A stretch of 64,000 nt of DNA, taken from positions 29,078,001 through 29,142,000 of the forward strand of contig OX597822.1 in the NCBI GenBank assembly GCA_951406725.2. Reading direction: 5' to 3'. Below, in pieces: positions 10,770 through 23,974 of the stretch; the stretch's first letter is position 1; each line of letters begins with the position of its first letter. The position numbers and the translations under genes are program-made. The notes under the pieces were generated by a model that saw nothing but the letters and a program-made list of their open reading frames with translations, did not search any database and was not told where the DNA came from. This DNA is from Octopus vulgaris (lineage: Eukaryota).

Positions 10770-13118
10770 TCACAGCATATCTCCAGAGATCTCGGTCCTT
10801 CGCCATTGCCTCAGTGAGGCCCAATGCTCTGAGGTCATGCTTGACCACCTCATCCCATGTCTTCCTGGGTCTACCTCTCCCCTGATACCTTCAACTGTTT
10901 GGGAGTGGCACTTCTTCACACATCTCTCTTCATCCATCCGCAGCACATGACCATACCATCGCAAGCGTCGCTCTTGCACACCACATCTGATGCTTCTTAT
11001 ATCCAGCATTTCTCTCAGGATACTTACACTCTGTTTTGCGTGCACACTGACACTACACATCCAGCGGATCATGCTAGCTTCATTTCTTTCAAGTCTACGC
11101 ATGTCTTCTGCAGTCACAGCCCATGTTTCATTACCGTGAAGCATGGCAGTTCGCACACATGCATCATACAATCTACCTTTTGCTCTGAGGGAGAGACCTT
11201 TTGTTGCCAGTAGGGGTAGGAGCTTTCTGAACTTTGCCCAGGCTATTCGTATTCTAGTGGTGATACTCTCTGTGCATCCACCTCCGCTACTAACTTGGTC
11301 TCCCAGGTAGCGGAAACTATCAACTACTTCTAGTTTCTCTCCCTGGAGTGTGATGGAATCTGTTTTCTGAGTGTCTGTTGTGTCTATTGTCCCTGTGCAT
11401 CTGCCGCACATGAAAGCTATCTTATCTGTTAATTTCCCTTTAATGTTGCTGCACCTCTTATGTGTCCATAACTTACATTGGGTGCATCTTATGGAGTTTC
11501 TACCTGTACCTTTCCTACAGGTTGAGCAGGGCCACCTACCCGAGGGGATGTGTGCTGAGTACCTCTTGCTGCTTACTAATACTTTGGTCTTTGCTACATT
11601 TATTCTAAGGCCCTTTGATTCCAACCCTTGCTTCCACACCCGAAATTTCTCTTCTAGTTCCGGTAGTGATTCTGCTATGAGAGCTAGGTCATCGGCATAG
11701 AGGAGCTCCCAGGGGCATCCCGTTTTGAATTCCTCTGTTATTGCCTGAAGGACTATGATGAATAAAAGGGGACTGAGGGCTGAGCCCTGGTGCACACCTA
11801 CTTCTACCCGGAATTCTTCACTATATTCGTTGCCAATCCTAACCTTGCTGACAGCCTCTCTGTATAGAGCCTGTACAGCCCTTATTAGCCATTCTTCAAT
11901 CTCCAGTTTCCACATCGACCACCAGATAAGGGAACGGGGAACCCTGTCAAAGGCTTTCTCCAAGTCTACAAAAGCTATGTAGAGGGGTTTATCTTTAGCT
12001 AGGTACTTCTCCTGCAGTTGTCGGACCAGGAATATAGCATCAGTGGTGCTTCTACCTGGTACAAAACCGAACTGCATTTCATCTAAACAAATTCTCTCCC
12101 TAATGAGATTGGTTATGACCTTCTCTGAGACCTTCATCACCTGGTCCAACAGTTTGATACCTCTGTAGTTATTTCTATCTAGAGCATCACCCTTACCCTT
12201 GTAGCAGTTGACTATGGTGCTGCTGCACCAGTCATTGGGTATGACTCCATTGTGAACTACCTGGTTTACAATGCGGGTGACTATGGCATAGCCCACATAG
12301 CCAGCTGTTTTAAGCATCACAGCAGTGATTCCTGATAGGCCAGGGGCTTTGCCTGGTTTCATATCCTTAATTGCCTTATCTACAAGGGAGCTGTCTATTC
12401 GGGTAGCTGGTCCCTCTACTTGGTCAACATTTGGCAGGCTCTCCTCCTCCCATTCATTCTCCTCATTCAGCAGTCTTTCATAATGGCTTCTCCAAGCCTC
12501 TTTCTTTTCACTAGTAGTAAAAGCAAGTGCCCCATCATCCATGCGGACACATTTCTCTCCTATAACATCGCTATTTTCTCTGACACACTGTCTGGCAATC
12601 CGAAATACTTCAGCTCTTTGATCCTCGCGACGCTGGACATTGGCAAACTTCTTCTTTTCTGCTACATCTTTGGCAATGTATACCTGCCGCCCAGCCTCCC
12701 TTTTGGCTATCTGGTACAGTTCCCTGCTGCCCCCATCCTTCCAGGCTTTCCAGGCCCGTCTCTTTTCACAGATGGCTTTATCTACTGCACTATTCCACCA
12801 CCACGTAATTCTAGGTCTGGAAGGGACTTTGCACCATCCACAGACTTGGTCTGTGGCACTCAACAAGCTGTCCCGTAGGAATTCCCAGCTACCTTCTATG
12901 TCTGACGTCTGAAGCTCCTCCTCCCTCTCATCAAATTTCTTGATGAGTATGTCCCTAAATTTCTGACCATGCGAAGGGTTCTTTAGCCTCCAAATCCTTC
13001 TTTTCTGGATTGGTTTGTTTCTTGGAGTCCTTCTGGCCTCAAGCTTAAAGTCACTGATGATTAGTCTATGCTGAGGGATACATTCTTCACCCGGGAGGGT
13101 CTTTGTATTCAAGAGCAA
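10770..13118 (-). pseudogene. RTE ORF2 remnant: end of APE, linker, reverse transcriptase with inserted PHD finger
   Basis: RT motifs KAPG, YRGIKLL, QFGF.PGRSTTDAIF, AFVDLEKAFDRV, GVHQGSALSPLLF, LLYADD, FRYLG and RRLRWYGHV. Frameshifts near 13120 and 10880, and the 5' part of APE is missing, so it is not autonomous. Confidence 0.93.
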
Positions 13119-13206
13119 TCCCGTTGTCTGGTGAGGATGAAGTCTATTTGGCTAGCGGAGTCTCCTGACTGATAAGTTATAAGGTGGCAGACTGGCTTCT
13201 TGAAGT

Positions 13207-13247
<41 letters not shown>

Positions 13248-13809
13248 ATGTATATATGTAATTAATTTTTATTTTTCATAACGTAATAACCTTTTTATGT
13301 AATAAAATAAACGATTTATAATAGCTTATCTTTATGGCCCTTTTAATTTCTCGTGCTTGTGTACACACGCACTCGCAGCAAAAACCTTTGACTTGTATAA
13401 CAAAACTGCAGACGTAATGGTTGACAAAGAAAGTAAAAATATAGGACTGCACTATATGAAATTTATCTGTCAGAGCTCTCACATTCTTTCACTTACTCCT
13501 CCACCTTCAATTTTAGATAGCGCGGGAACTCCCTCGACACAAATTAGTTGAACACATGTTAACCTACTCCTTCGTCTCGTGTTAAGTTTAATTCTCTGTA
13601 GCCGGGTGTTTCTGTAGACGTTTATTCTCTTGCTTTATGTTTGTCCTTTATTCCGACAGTATTGTGGCGGAGGTGGAGGTGTGGGTTGAGATGGGGTTTA
13701 AATTTTGTGTGAAGCTAATTGAATTTTTTTTTAAAAGAACAACTGTTATTAAACTTAGACTAGTTTTTTTTTCTCTCTAAAAGTACAGTACTTCAGTCTA
13801 GTTTTGGAA

Positions 13810-13847
<38 letters not shown>

Positions 13848-13850
13848 CGT

Positions 13851-14273
13851 AGATCTTTTCGGTTTGAACAGCAGTTTTTTCTAGCAGTGTCATATGAAAT
13901 TGTCACCCATAATTATGACCCTAGTATCGATCTATTGCATTTCAATCTGTTTTAGGGTTAGGGTTGGTTAGGGTTAGGGGGGGAAGGGTATCTTTTTTTC
14001 TTCAGAAATGTAAATAAACCCAATCTGTTTCTTAAACGAGGGACATATTCATGTGGCACAGAATGTTTTCACCTCAGTAGACGTCATTGATTGGTTGAAA
14101 TTGTAGAAATTGAAGGAAAAAAAACCCAAATATCTTACAAACTATAGAATATTCTCAATAAAGCCAAGAGAAAAAGATGTTTTATAAACACATTCTACCA
14201 GTATACGAAGTTTAAAAGTGTTTAGTTACGTGGAAATTATTTTAAAAAACTGCCGGTCAGACCGAAAAGATCC
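13851..14273 (+). mobile_element. About 420 bp MITE with ~27 bp TIRs and internal TTAGGG repeats (superfamily unassigned)
   Basis: gatcttttcggtttgaacagcagtttttt ... aaaaaactgccggtcagaccgaaaagatc, with TA-like flanks. A second copy is at 5904-6303. Confidence 0.88.
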
Positions 14274-15007
14274 TATTTTGCATTTTCTGTTTTATTATTT
14301 TTGATGGCTAATAATCAGTTCATTTCAACTGTGGTGTTTGTAACAAGAAGTACTTTTTGACAAGAGTATTATCCAGTGACCTGAAATGTAGTCCAAAAAA
14401 AAAAAGTAGGAAAACAATCTCACGTCTAATCTAAACACCATAAATAAATAAAGTGATTAGACGAATAGTTTAACTCACTTAACATAACTTGCACACAACA
14501 AACTGTACAGTTTATATAAATGCCATTACTTGGTTGTTTTGGAGGCCGTAGGGGTGGAAGCGTGCTTTATTCAACATTCTATTGAAAACAATGAAACCAA
14601 AAGACATGCATTCAATCAGCCTTACATCGAAGTTTTTATGTGACCTTTTCTCCAGGATTTGATCATCCTTCATCAGTACAAGTTCAATCACTGCAATAAC
14701 GATGATGATGATGATGATGGTTATGGTTGTATATAAGTGATAACTCTAGGCAATAGTTTACATTTATTTCTTCACTAGATTGTTTGAAGAACAGAATCGG
14801 TTTTCAGAACTGAATTATAAGCATTGAAGAGAAATGTATGTTTGATAGAGGTGACACCATGCAACTGGTATTCAATGAATGTAGGTTAACTTAATGGGCA
14901 CATGTGTTGATATTTAAAAAGAGAACATTGGTGTACTTTTTTTTTGCCTCAGTGTATAAAGTTACATATTAAAGGCATGAGTTTTTTTTTGTATACTTTT
15001 GTTTCTT

Positions 15008-15375
15008 CGTGGTTGTGTGGTAAGAAGCTTACTTCCCAATCACATGGTTCTGGGTTCAGTTCCACTGCATGGAACCTTGGTCAAGTGTCTTCTACTATAG
15101 CCTCGAGTTGACCAAAGCCTTGTAAGTGGATTTGGTAGACAGAAACTGAAAGAAGCCTGTCGTATATATATGTATATATTTGTGTGTTAGTGTCTGTGTT
15201 TGACAACCGATCTTGGTGTGTTTTTGTCCCTGTAACTTAACAGTTCGGTAAAAGAGCCCAATATAAGTCCCAGGCTTACAAAGAATCAGTCTAGGGGTCG
15301 ATTTCTTTGACTAAAAGGCAGTGCTCCAGCATGACCACAGTCAATATAACTAAAACAAGTAATAGAATAAAAGAA
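15008..15375 (+). mobile_element. tRNA-derived SINE family A
   Basis: Near full-length match to 52296-52710. Confidence 0.88.
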
Positions 15376-15622
15376 TTAAATAGTTTCTGCTCTAGGCACA
15401 AGGCCAGCAATTTTTGAGTAGGACATGAGGTTAGTTGATGCATCAACCTCAGTGTTTGACTGATATTTGATTGGGCAAAGTTGCTTTTGGTGGAATCTCG
15501 ACTCAGAACATAAAGAACTTGAATAAATACTGCAAAGTATTTCTTATGATGCTCTGACGATTTAACCAGCTTGCTGCCTTTTTAAAAATGATATATATCT
15601 ATGTGTGTGTAACACACACACA

Positions 15623-16077
15623 CTAGGGGGTGCTGAAAAAATCCTGGCTTTGTTAAAAGAAAGTACAGGAGGGTCAATTAATTATGATTTTATTAAATGT
15701 ATTCCCCACTCAGATTCACACACTTATTGCAGCCGTCCTTCAGTTTTTATAAGCCTTGTAAAAGAACTCAGAAAGTTGGGTCTCCAATTGGGTAATACCT
15801 TTCATGGCCAGGGTAGGGGAAATGCATGTGCAATAATAGCACTACCCATATGTGAAAATAGTATCCCAGTGTGGGGTCCCACTTGAGCCTTTTGTAGAAC
15901 TGCTGAATGCCAAAGTATTTTCTGAATCAAAAGACAAAAATCCCAGTCTTTGCAATAAAGTTTTTGCTGCCATAAGATATCAGAATTCACTTGAATTTTG
16001 CCAATGTGCTCCACCTTACACAAAAGTAAATGTATGAGTAATACCTTTAAAGCCAGAAATTTTCCAGTACCCCATCA
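15623..16077. mobile_element. Mariner-type MITE interrupted by a 235 bp insertion
   Basis: TIRs agggggtgctgaaaaaatcctggcttt / aaagccagaaattttccagtacccc. An uninterrupted relative lies at 51815-52030 in the opposite orientation. Confidence 0.82.
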
Positions 16078-17737
16078 TATATATATAAAATTTGATAGTC
16101 ATCTGTGGATATGTTGAGGTGCTGTCTTTTGGTAAGAGAGTGGTGAACATGCAACCCTAATGTATTATTGAATCAATTGAAACCACATTTAGATGCTTTG
16201 TGGGAATAACTACAGATGTATGACCCTTCTTTCTGAGGTGCTACTACTTTTTAACAATCTCTAATGTAAACAGTTATTAGTTTCTGCACCCCCCCTTTTT
16301 TTTTTAAGCTGATATGTGAAATCAGAGAAATATGTTAGTATTTACTATATATGGTTTGCTTCCTCTCGTAAAGCAGTCTTTAAGAGGGGAATTTTGGAAT
16401 GTTTTTCGCGAACCCATACATTTGCTTTTGTGCAAGAAGTTGGAGCACATTGGCAAAATTCAAGTGAATTCTCATATCTTATGGCAGCAAAAACTTTATT
16501 GCAAAGACTGGGATTTTTGTCTTTTGTTTCAGAAAATACTTTGGCATTCAGCAGTTTTACAAAATACTCAAGTGGGACCCCACACTGGGCTACTATTTTC
16601 ACATATGGGTAGTGCTATTATTGCACACACGTGCTATTATTCCCCTACCCTGGCCATGAAACTGATTATCACGAAGTGGCTCACAACTGCACTGCTACCC
16701 CATAGACATGCTATCTCCTTGTTCTACTTTTACTTCTACCATGGCCATCTCTTTTTTTAGAAATGGCTAGTCTCTTCCTGTTGTCACCCAGATTCTGCCC
16801 ACCACTCATCTTCTCATTAATTACTATGGCAGTCTTCCTTCTCAGAGACATTAGCCCTCTGGAATTCCATTCTCTGTTCTTATATACATATATGTATTAA
16901 GTTGATATTTGAAACATGAATTAACATGAAATTTTGGAGGAAGTTTTTAAATTAGTTCACTTGAAAACTGGAAGTTTGTACCATAAAGCCAGAGGCAATC
17001 TCAAGGGGGTTAGTATTAGAGTTAAGCTATTTTGTTACTGTCTAAGAAATTTTTAGTTAACTCTTGTGGAATTTGAACTTATAGCAAAATAATTGTCATT
17101 TAAAGATAGGTTTTTGAGTATAGACTATCATAGAAGTAGTTGGCATTAGTCACAAGTTGGAGTGAACATATGTTTCTGAACAATTGTGTAAGCTGCTGTA
17201 AGAGTTAAGGGTAAAGTTGAAATTTGAATCTGTGTTGTTTTGCTAACTGAAAGAGCTGGTTACAAGAAGTTCCAAAGTCTGTTTTCTTCTGGAGAAAGAA
17301 AATTAATACACTTGTAAGTACAGGTGTGGCTGTATGGTAAGAAGTTTGCTTCCCAACCACATGGTTTCAGGGTCTGTCCCACTGTGTGACACCTTGGGTC
17401 AGTGTCTTCTTCTATATATCTGTGTGTGTGTATTATTCTCTCCTTATCTTGACATTGCATGATAGTTGTAAATGAGTGTCACTGTTACGCAAGCAGTGCT
17501 CTTTGTTTCCAATATTCTGTGATATTCTGTCGCAGGGAAATATTGTCTTACTTGGAAACAGGAAGGGAATCTTGCCATAGAAAATCTGCTTCAACAAATT
17601 CTGTCTTTTAATGACATACATAACATTTGTGTTTTTATTAATTTTGAAAATAATGAATTTGGAAACATTTAGTGTAAAATAATTACATTTTTCATCATCA
17701 TGATCGTCATTATTATTATTATTGTTATCATCATCAT

Positions 17738-18220
17738 TGAGTGAGAGAGCAGTGCATGCCATCAAAGTGACATTGGGGTAAAATATACGAAGCCCAGTAT
17801 AACCATCATGACTACTCATCTGATAAGGGTACACCAGGCACATGCATCACAACCGTGACATGGTGATCTCAAGATGAACAGCGCATGACCTTGCAGGTAG
17901 AGCTCAGTTCGAATTTTCTTCAGGTTGAGTAGCTCATCCTGCTCAAAAGGTTCCTGAATAAGGATTGTTTAAGGATGTTGAATGAAACACCCATGTTTTC
18001 AGAGGTGAATATTCCAACCCCAAAGAATTCCTCTCAACACATGACTATGATCCTCCCCAACTATTTCGGCTTGTGATCAGAGATGCACATATCATCAGCC
18101 ACTAAGGGACATGCTCAACTGGTTAAGGTCAAACAACTGACAAGCAAATCTGTGGTATTGAGCAGCATATTTGTTGTAGCCCATCTTTTATGCCAAGACA
18201 AAACAATGTACATGATAACA
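17738..18220 (-). repeat. Unclassified ~480 bp interspersed repeat with (GAT/AAT)n tail on the minus strand
   Basis: A second diverged copy is at about 25658-26090 (gcatgccatcaaagtgaca...gagcagaatatttg). Confidence 0.75.
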
Positions 18221-20049
18221 CATTATTATTATTATTATTATTATTGGTGGCGGTGGTCTCGCAGAATCATTAGCATGCAGGGCAAAATACTTAGTAGCAT
18301 CTCCTCTGTCATTACCATCTGAGTTCAAATTCTGCCAAGGCCTACTTTGTTTTTCATCCTTCCAGGGTTGATAAAATTTGAGCACTGGGGTTGATGTAAT
18401 CGACTTACTTCCTTTCTCATAACTGCTGGCATTATGCTAAAGTTATAAACCATTATTATTATTATCGACAGGTTTCACATTGTGGAACTCCTGACATCCA
18501 TATCTCATAGCAAAGAACATTGGTCACCCTCTTGCTTTCAATTTCTCCTTTAGGTAGCTATACTAATTGTCTAGCTTCGTGGTTCTGTTTGTTATTACCC
18601 TCTTCCTTTCTCTCCTGGCTTGTCTCTTACCTTTTCTGACTCTACCATGCTATTCCCTCATTATGTCACCCATCACCTGGTAGGTATCTTAATCTATCCA
18701 CAAACTTTTGTCTGTTGAATTGAAATGAATCTTTAGGAGTTTATATATATATTTTATATTTCTTAGTATTTATCTTACATTTCTTAATGTTAATCCTAGT
18801 TTTGCTCTACTTCTTCAATCCTCTTGCTAATTATTTTATCTTTAGTTTGGCTTTACTGTTTAATACTGCAGATTATCAGCTAGCATTACTCCTCTCTCTC
18901 TCTCTACTATTATTTTCCTAAAATAAGATCAGGTGAAACGTTTTTCAGACACTTTTAAAGTTTATAACTGTCTGTCCGTCTCTCTTTCTCACTTTATGTA
19001 TCTGTGTGTGTACTTCAGCTAACTGTAGTAAAATATAACTAAAAATTAATCGTACTTACTGAACCAGACTCCTCCAACACTACTTAATACACTAATCTAT
19101 GAAAAGGATCCATGTTGAGTCAATGAGGTCAAGGACTGGTGAAACTTCAATGTTACTCATCACCTTTCCCATGCAAAAGCAAGTGCATTAGAGGTTTGTT
19201 TTCAGTTCTTCTTCAGACTGGTCTGTGTGTATCATGTAAAGCTAGAGGTGGGAACAATGATTTCTCCTCACAAATACTAATCGGACACTGACAGTGAGTC
19301 ATTAGCCAGCTTGAGGAGATGTCCTCCTGGGGCTAAAACAATAGTAGCATCGTCCTCTATGGGACTGCCACATTTAGTTGGTAATTATATTTTACGATAT
19401 AGTAAGATAGTTTTGCATTAATAAGCAGATACCTGCAGTAATTTGACATGAAATTTTAATTGGGTCATTTTAAAATGGGATCTTTGTACCATAGAGCGAA
19501 GGGCAGTCTTTGGTAAGTTCATATTAAAAAGTTAGGGCAAATGTTTTCTACTATGGACCTGTGCTGACCAAAGCTTTGTGATTAGATTTGGTTGATAAAA
19601 ACTGAAAGAAGCTCTTCATATGTATGTGTGTGCTTGTGTGTTTGTTGGTGGTGGTACCACATAAAAAGCACCCAGTACACTGTAAAGTGGTTGGCATTTG
19701 GAAGGGCATCCAGCTTTAGAAACAAAGCTAAAGCAGATCATGGAACCTGGTGTGGCTCCTGTCAAGCCGTCCAACCCATGTCAGCAAGGAAAATGGATGT
19801 TAGATGATGATGATGTGTCCTAACATCAGGTGATGGTTGTAAATGCACTTCACTGTCATACAAGCAGTGTTGTCCATTTCTAGTCTTTCGTGGAAAACAT
19901 GTTTGGCCACCAGAAAATATTATCTTGCGTGAAAAAAAGTGAGGGTTGGTGACAGAAAGGGCACCTGGATACAAAACAATCTGCCACAACAAATTCCATT
20001 TGACCCATGCAAGCCTGGAAAAGTGAACATTAACTGAAAATTTTATATA

Positions 20050-21290
20050 TTAGGTCATCCCATAAGTTCTGTCTGATTTTACCTTTTTTAAAATTGAATG
20101 AAATTTAATAGTATTTTAGAATGTCTAATGGAATTAAAAATTATTTTTATGTATTTGTGTACATTTAAACTAATTAAATATTATTTTACAGAATAATAGA
20201 ATTAAAATTTCTTTGATTAAAACCCTTTCTAACGTGGAAATATCCAAAGAGCATTTGAGCACATAATGCTTTATGAGTACAAAATAGGAAACTCTGCAGC
20301 TGAAGCGATTCAAAACATACACTCAGTTTATGGGAAAGAATGCTTGAATGAAAGAACTTGCAGAAGATGGTTTGCAAAATTCAGAGGAGGAGATTTCAGA
20401 CTTGAAGATGAAGATTGAATAGGACGTCCAGTTGAGTTTGATGATAAGCTCCTTGAGGCATTACTTGAAGAAAATCCTGCATTATCAGTTGAAGAATTGG
20501 CAATAAAGCTTAGTTCAAACCATACAACTGTTCATCATCATCTTCAACAGCTTGGAAACGTTCCTAAACTTGGAAAATGGGTGACTCATATGAATTGTCT
20601 GAAAGCAACCGCAAATCCCGAGTTGACATCTGCTCTTCTCTCCATTCTCACGAACACATTTCACCCTTTTTGGATAGATTTGTGACTGGTGATGAAAAAT
20701 GGATCGTCGTAAACAGTGGCTTGGTAAAAGGGGAAAAAGCTCAACCACAACCGAGAAGGGAACTTCATGGGGAAAAGGTTCTTCTTTCTATCTGGTGGGA
20801 TTGCAAATGAGTAATTCCCTTTGAATTGTTACCACCTACTGCCACAATCAATCAGCAATTAGAGCGTTTGAACCAAGCTTTGAAGAAAAAAAGACCCGCT
20901 TTAGTGAATCGAAATGGAGTGATGTTTCATCAGGACAATACGCGACTCCACACTGCGAAGATCGAAAAGCTTGGTTGGGAAAAAATTCCTCATCCACCTT
21001 ATTCTCCCAACCTTGCTCCTTCAGACTACCATTTGTTTCGTAGTTTACAGAATCATTTGGAGAACATAACTTTTGCAAGCCAGGAAGAGGTTGAAACTGA
21101 CATTTCAGAGTCCTTCGCTTTGAAACCAAGAGTTTTACATTGATGGGATTAAAAAGCTTGTAAATAGATTGAAGGAAGTCATAGATAATCAGGGAAAGTA
21201 CATTGATGATTAAATTTCAATTAACTATATAAAATTTGATCACTTGTTTTCTTTATTCAAAATTCAGACAGAACTTATGGGATGACCCGA
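20050..21290 (+). mobile_element. Full-length degenerate mariner (DD34D) element, about 1.24 kb
   Basis: TIRs ttaggtcatcccataagttctgtctga / tcagacagaacttatgggatgacccga with TA/TG flanks. Transposase pseudogene at about 20234-21213 with RFVTGDEKWI, FHQDNT and HPPYSPNLAPSDYHLFRSL; stops and frameshifts. Confidence 0.95.
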
Positions 21291-21507
21291 TGTGTGTGTG
21301 TGTGTATTCTTTTATTCTTTTACTTGCCTCAGTCATTTGACTGGGGCCATGCTGGAGCACTGCCATTTGACTATATATATATATGTCTATGTATGTATCT
21401 AAATATAATACGTGACATATATATGTACATATTATATTTACAGATAAATTCCTCTATTTACATAATATCGAGGTCTCTTTCATTCTTTTGTTGTCTTATC
21501 ATTTCTA

Positions 21508-21548
<41 letters not shown>

Positions 21549-23974
21549 TACATACATACATACACATTTTACTGCTGCTGCGAATGATGTAGGTGTGTGA
21601 ATATGTATGTATATGTTTGTATATCTATATCTTATCTCTGTTTGTCTATCTATCTATACATATAAAGTGAAATCATTTCCTTGTATAAAGCTTCAACAGA
21701 GTGCATTACAAAGATGAATGAATTCAAATATACACTCTCACAAGCACACACATACCCAACGTTAGTGGCTGTGAGATGCTGGACTATTGATCTCTTCACT
21801 GTTGCCATTGTTCTGTGTCCTTGAACTAGGCGCTTAGCTGCTTGCTCTAGTTTGCCTGACTGAACAGAAACTGGATCTGCTTTCTACTTCACATCTAGTT
21901 ATACAAGCAATTGCTCCAACATGTAAACCATCCCATTCACATAAGCATTAAAAAAAGAAAGAAAAGGAAAAGACTGCTCAAAGACACATAGTTGCTGTTT
22001 AGTCTCAGATCAACTTTGACTGAAACTTATGGTTTAAGATGTTCTAGCCTGCACCACCATGTCAAGCATAAATTAGGACTACATTATCTAACGTATCTGC
22101 CTTCCATTTTTGAAGACACATAATTTTAGGAAGATTTGGTTGCTGTTTCTAGCAGATTGAGCAAGACTGTTGTGGTTCCCTTGTTGACTTGGAGGAGTCT
22201 TGTCTTATAAGTTACCTGGTGACTTCACCAGTGCTGGTGCCATAAAAAAAGCACTCAGTACATTCTGTAAAGTGGTTGGTGTTAAGAAAAGCATCCAGTT
22301 GTAGAAAGCATGCCAAAGCAGACAGTTGAGTTTGGCACAGCCTTCTGACTTGCTAGCTCCTGTCAAACTGTCCATCCCATGCCAGCATGGAAAATGGACT
22401 TTAAAAAAAAATGATGATAAATTGATTCAAAGTCTTTTTAGCATTAATGTAAAATGTTAAGTGAGGTTGGTTGAGCCTTTTAATGTACAACTTGTCTCCC
22501 TTTCTATATATCCCTCTTTGAGTCTTCCAACCTCTTTACCTTAGCTTTCATCTCATATGAAACCCTATCAGCTCCAGTTCATTTCCCTCTTGACTGCTGT
22601 GGTTCAGAAATATCAGAATACCTTGTTTACAACCATTCCATGAAGTTGAAAGAAAGGTTGCTCACACATAGGAAGGATTATTATCATATTGTGCCATTTT
22701 GGTCATAATGAATATCGGTTTCAAATTTTGGCACAAAGCCAGCAATTTCAAAGGCGTGGCTAAGTCGATTACATTGATCACTGTACTCATCTGGTACTTA
22801 TTTTATCAACTCTGAAATGATGAAAGGCAAAGTTGACCTAGGTGACATTTGAACTCTTTAGTACAAGGACATTACTTTAGTAAATGAAGTTGGAAGAAAT
22901 TCCATAAAGCATTAATTCCAGCACCTTATGGGCATAACGAGTATTGTCTTATCTTTTAATAAATGACAAGCCATATGGTTTCAGCTTCAGTTCCACTGCA
23001 TGGTACTTTAAGCAAGTGTCTTCTTCTTTAGCCCTTATGAATGAATTTGATAGATGGAAACTGAAATGAAGCCAATCACATACACGTGTGTGTTTATTTT
23101 GACATTGTATGCTAATATTTTTTACTACAGGCACAAGGCTTGGGATTATTGGCAGTTGGTCACATTGATCCCACTCAATTGGTACTTAGGCTAATTGTAA
23201 ACAAACATAACCAGTGTTCAAACAGTGATATTTATCTGTAATTTTCCATGAAAATATTTAGACTCGGAGAAAATATTATTTTGCTTGGAAACAGGCAAGG
23301 GTTGGTAACAGGAACATCATCCAATCATAGAAATTGCATTGACAAATCTTGTCATAGAAAAGCAGATTAAAATAATGATGGTGATCATTGTCATCACAAC
23401 AAATAGCGAAAATAGTATTAAAAACTTTATAAAATCAAAATTGTAACCAAATAAAAACGTCTATGTATCATTTAAATGCTAAAAGGAATTTAAAAATCAC
23501 TGTAGCCTTGTCTATTGTGGTAAGGCAATCATCTCTGATGTTCTCTTGTTGACCTTGTTCTTAAGTTTCAGGTGTAATTACAATAATTAATTTTGATCTC
23601 TTAATTCAATATTTTCATTCAAAGTAATGAATATAATTCACTATCCCTAATGGGACATTTAATTAATTTTTAGCTTCCTGGGACAAATTACCCCAATATA
23701 GTTCTTAGTGTCCAAAGTGTTAAAGAGAGAGAGAGAGACTCCTGACTGGGTTGGTAATCTATGATAAATCAATTCCCTCTAGATAGGATGTAGTGTCATC
23801 TCACAAATTAGTATCCAGAGATTAATTACTAGAATTAGGGTCTAACTTTTAAAAGGGTTGGAATCACTCAGTAGTAATTATTGAACTAGTGCTTCTGAGT
23901 TAGTGTTCTGGATGCAGCTATACTGGCTCAGCCAATTATTGGAAAATGTGTAACGAAGGGGATTTTTAATACTT

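Larger units (their letters stand above)
10382..13207 (-). mobile_element. Young 5'-truncated RTE LINE with (GAT)n tail
   Basis: 782-aa open frame. The end of the APE domain (TYQSGDSASQIDFIL) lies at 13120-13207, and the 3' UTR ends ...ggacgttaaacgatgatgatg. Both flanks are TA/TG microsatellites. Confidence 0.96.

Noticed and set aside
10770-13118. Host protein-coding gene or active autonomous LINE
   Set aside because: It is 5'-truncated within APE, frameshifted at both ends, and has no ATG start.
16332-16760. Protein-like ORFs (142 aa + and 85 aa -)
   Set aside because: No recognisable family or splice support. The region looks like a decayed LINE remnant and is partly duplicated at 15803-16037.
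20234-21213. SETMAR-like domesticated gene
   Set aside because: No SET domain, multiple stops and frameshifts, and intact TIRs: an ordinary mariner relic.
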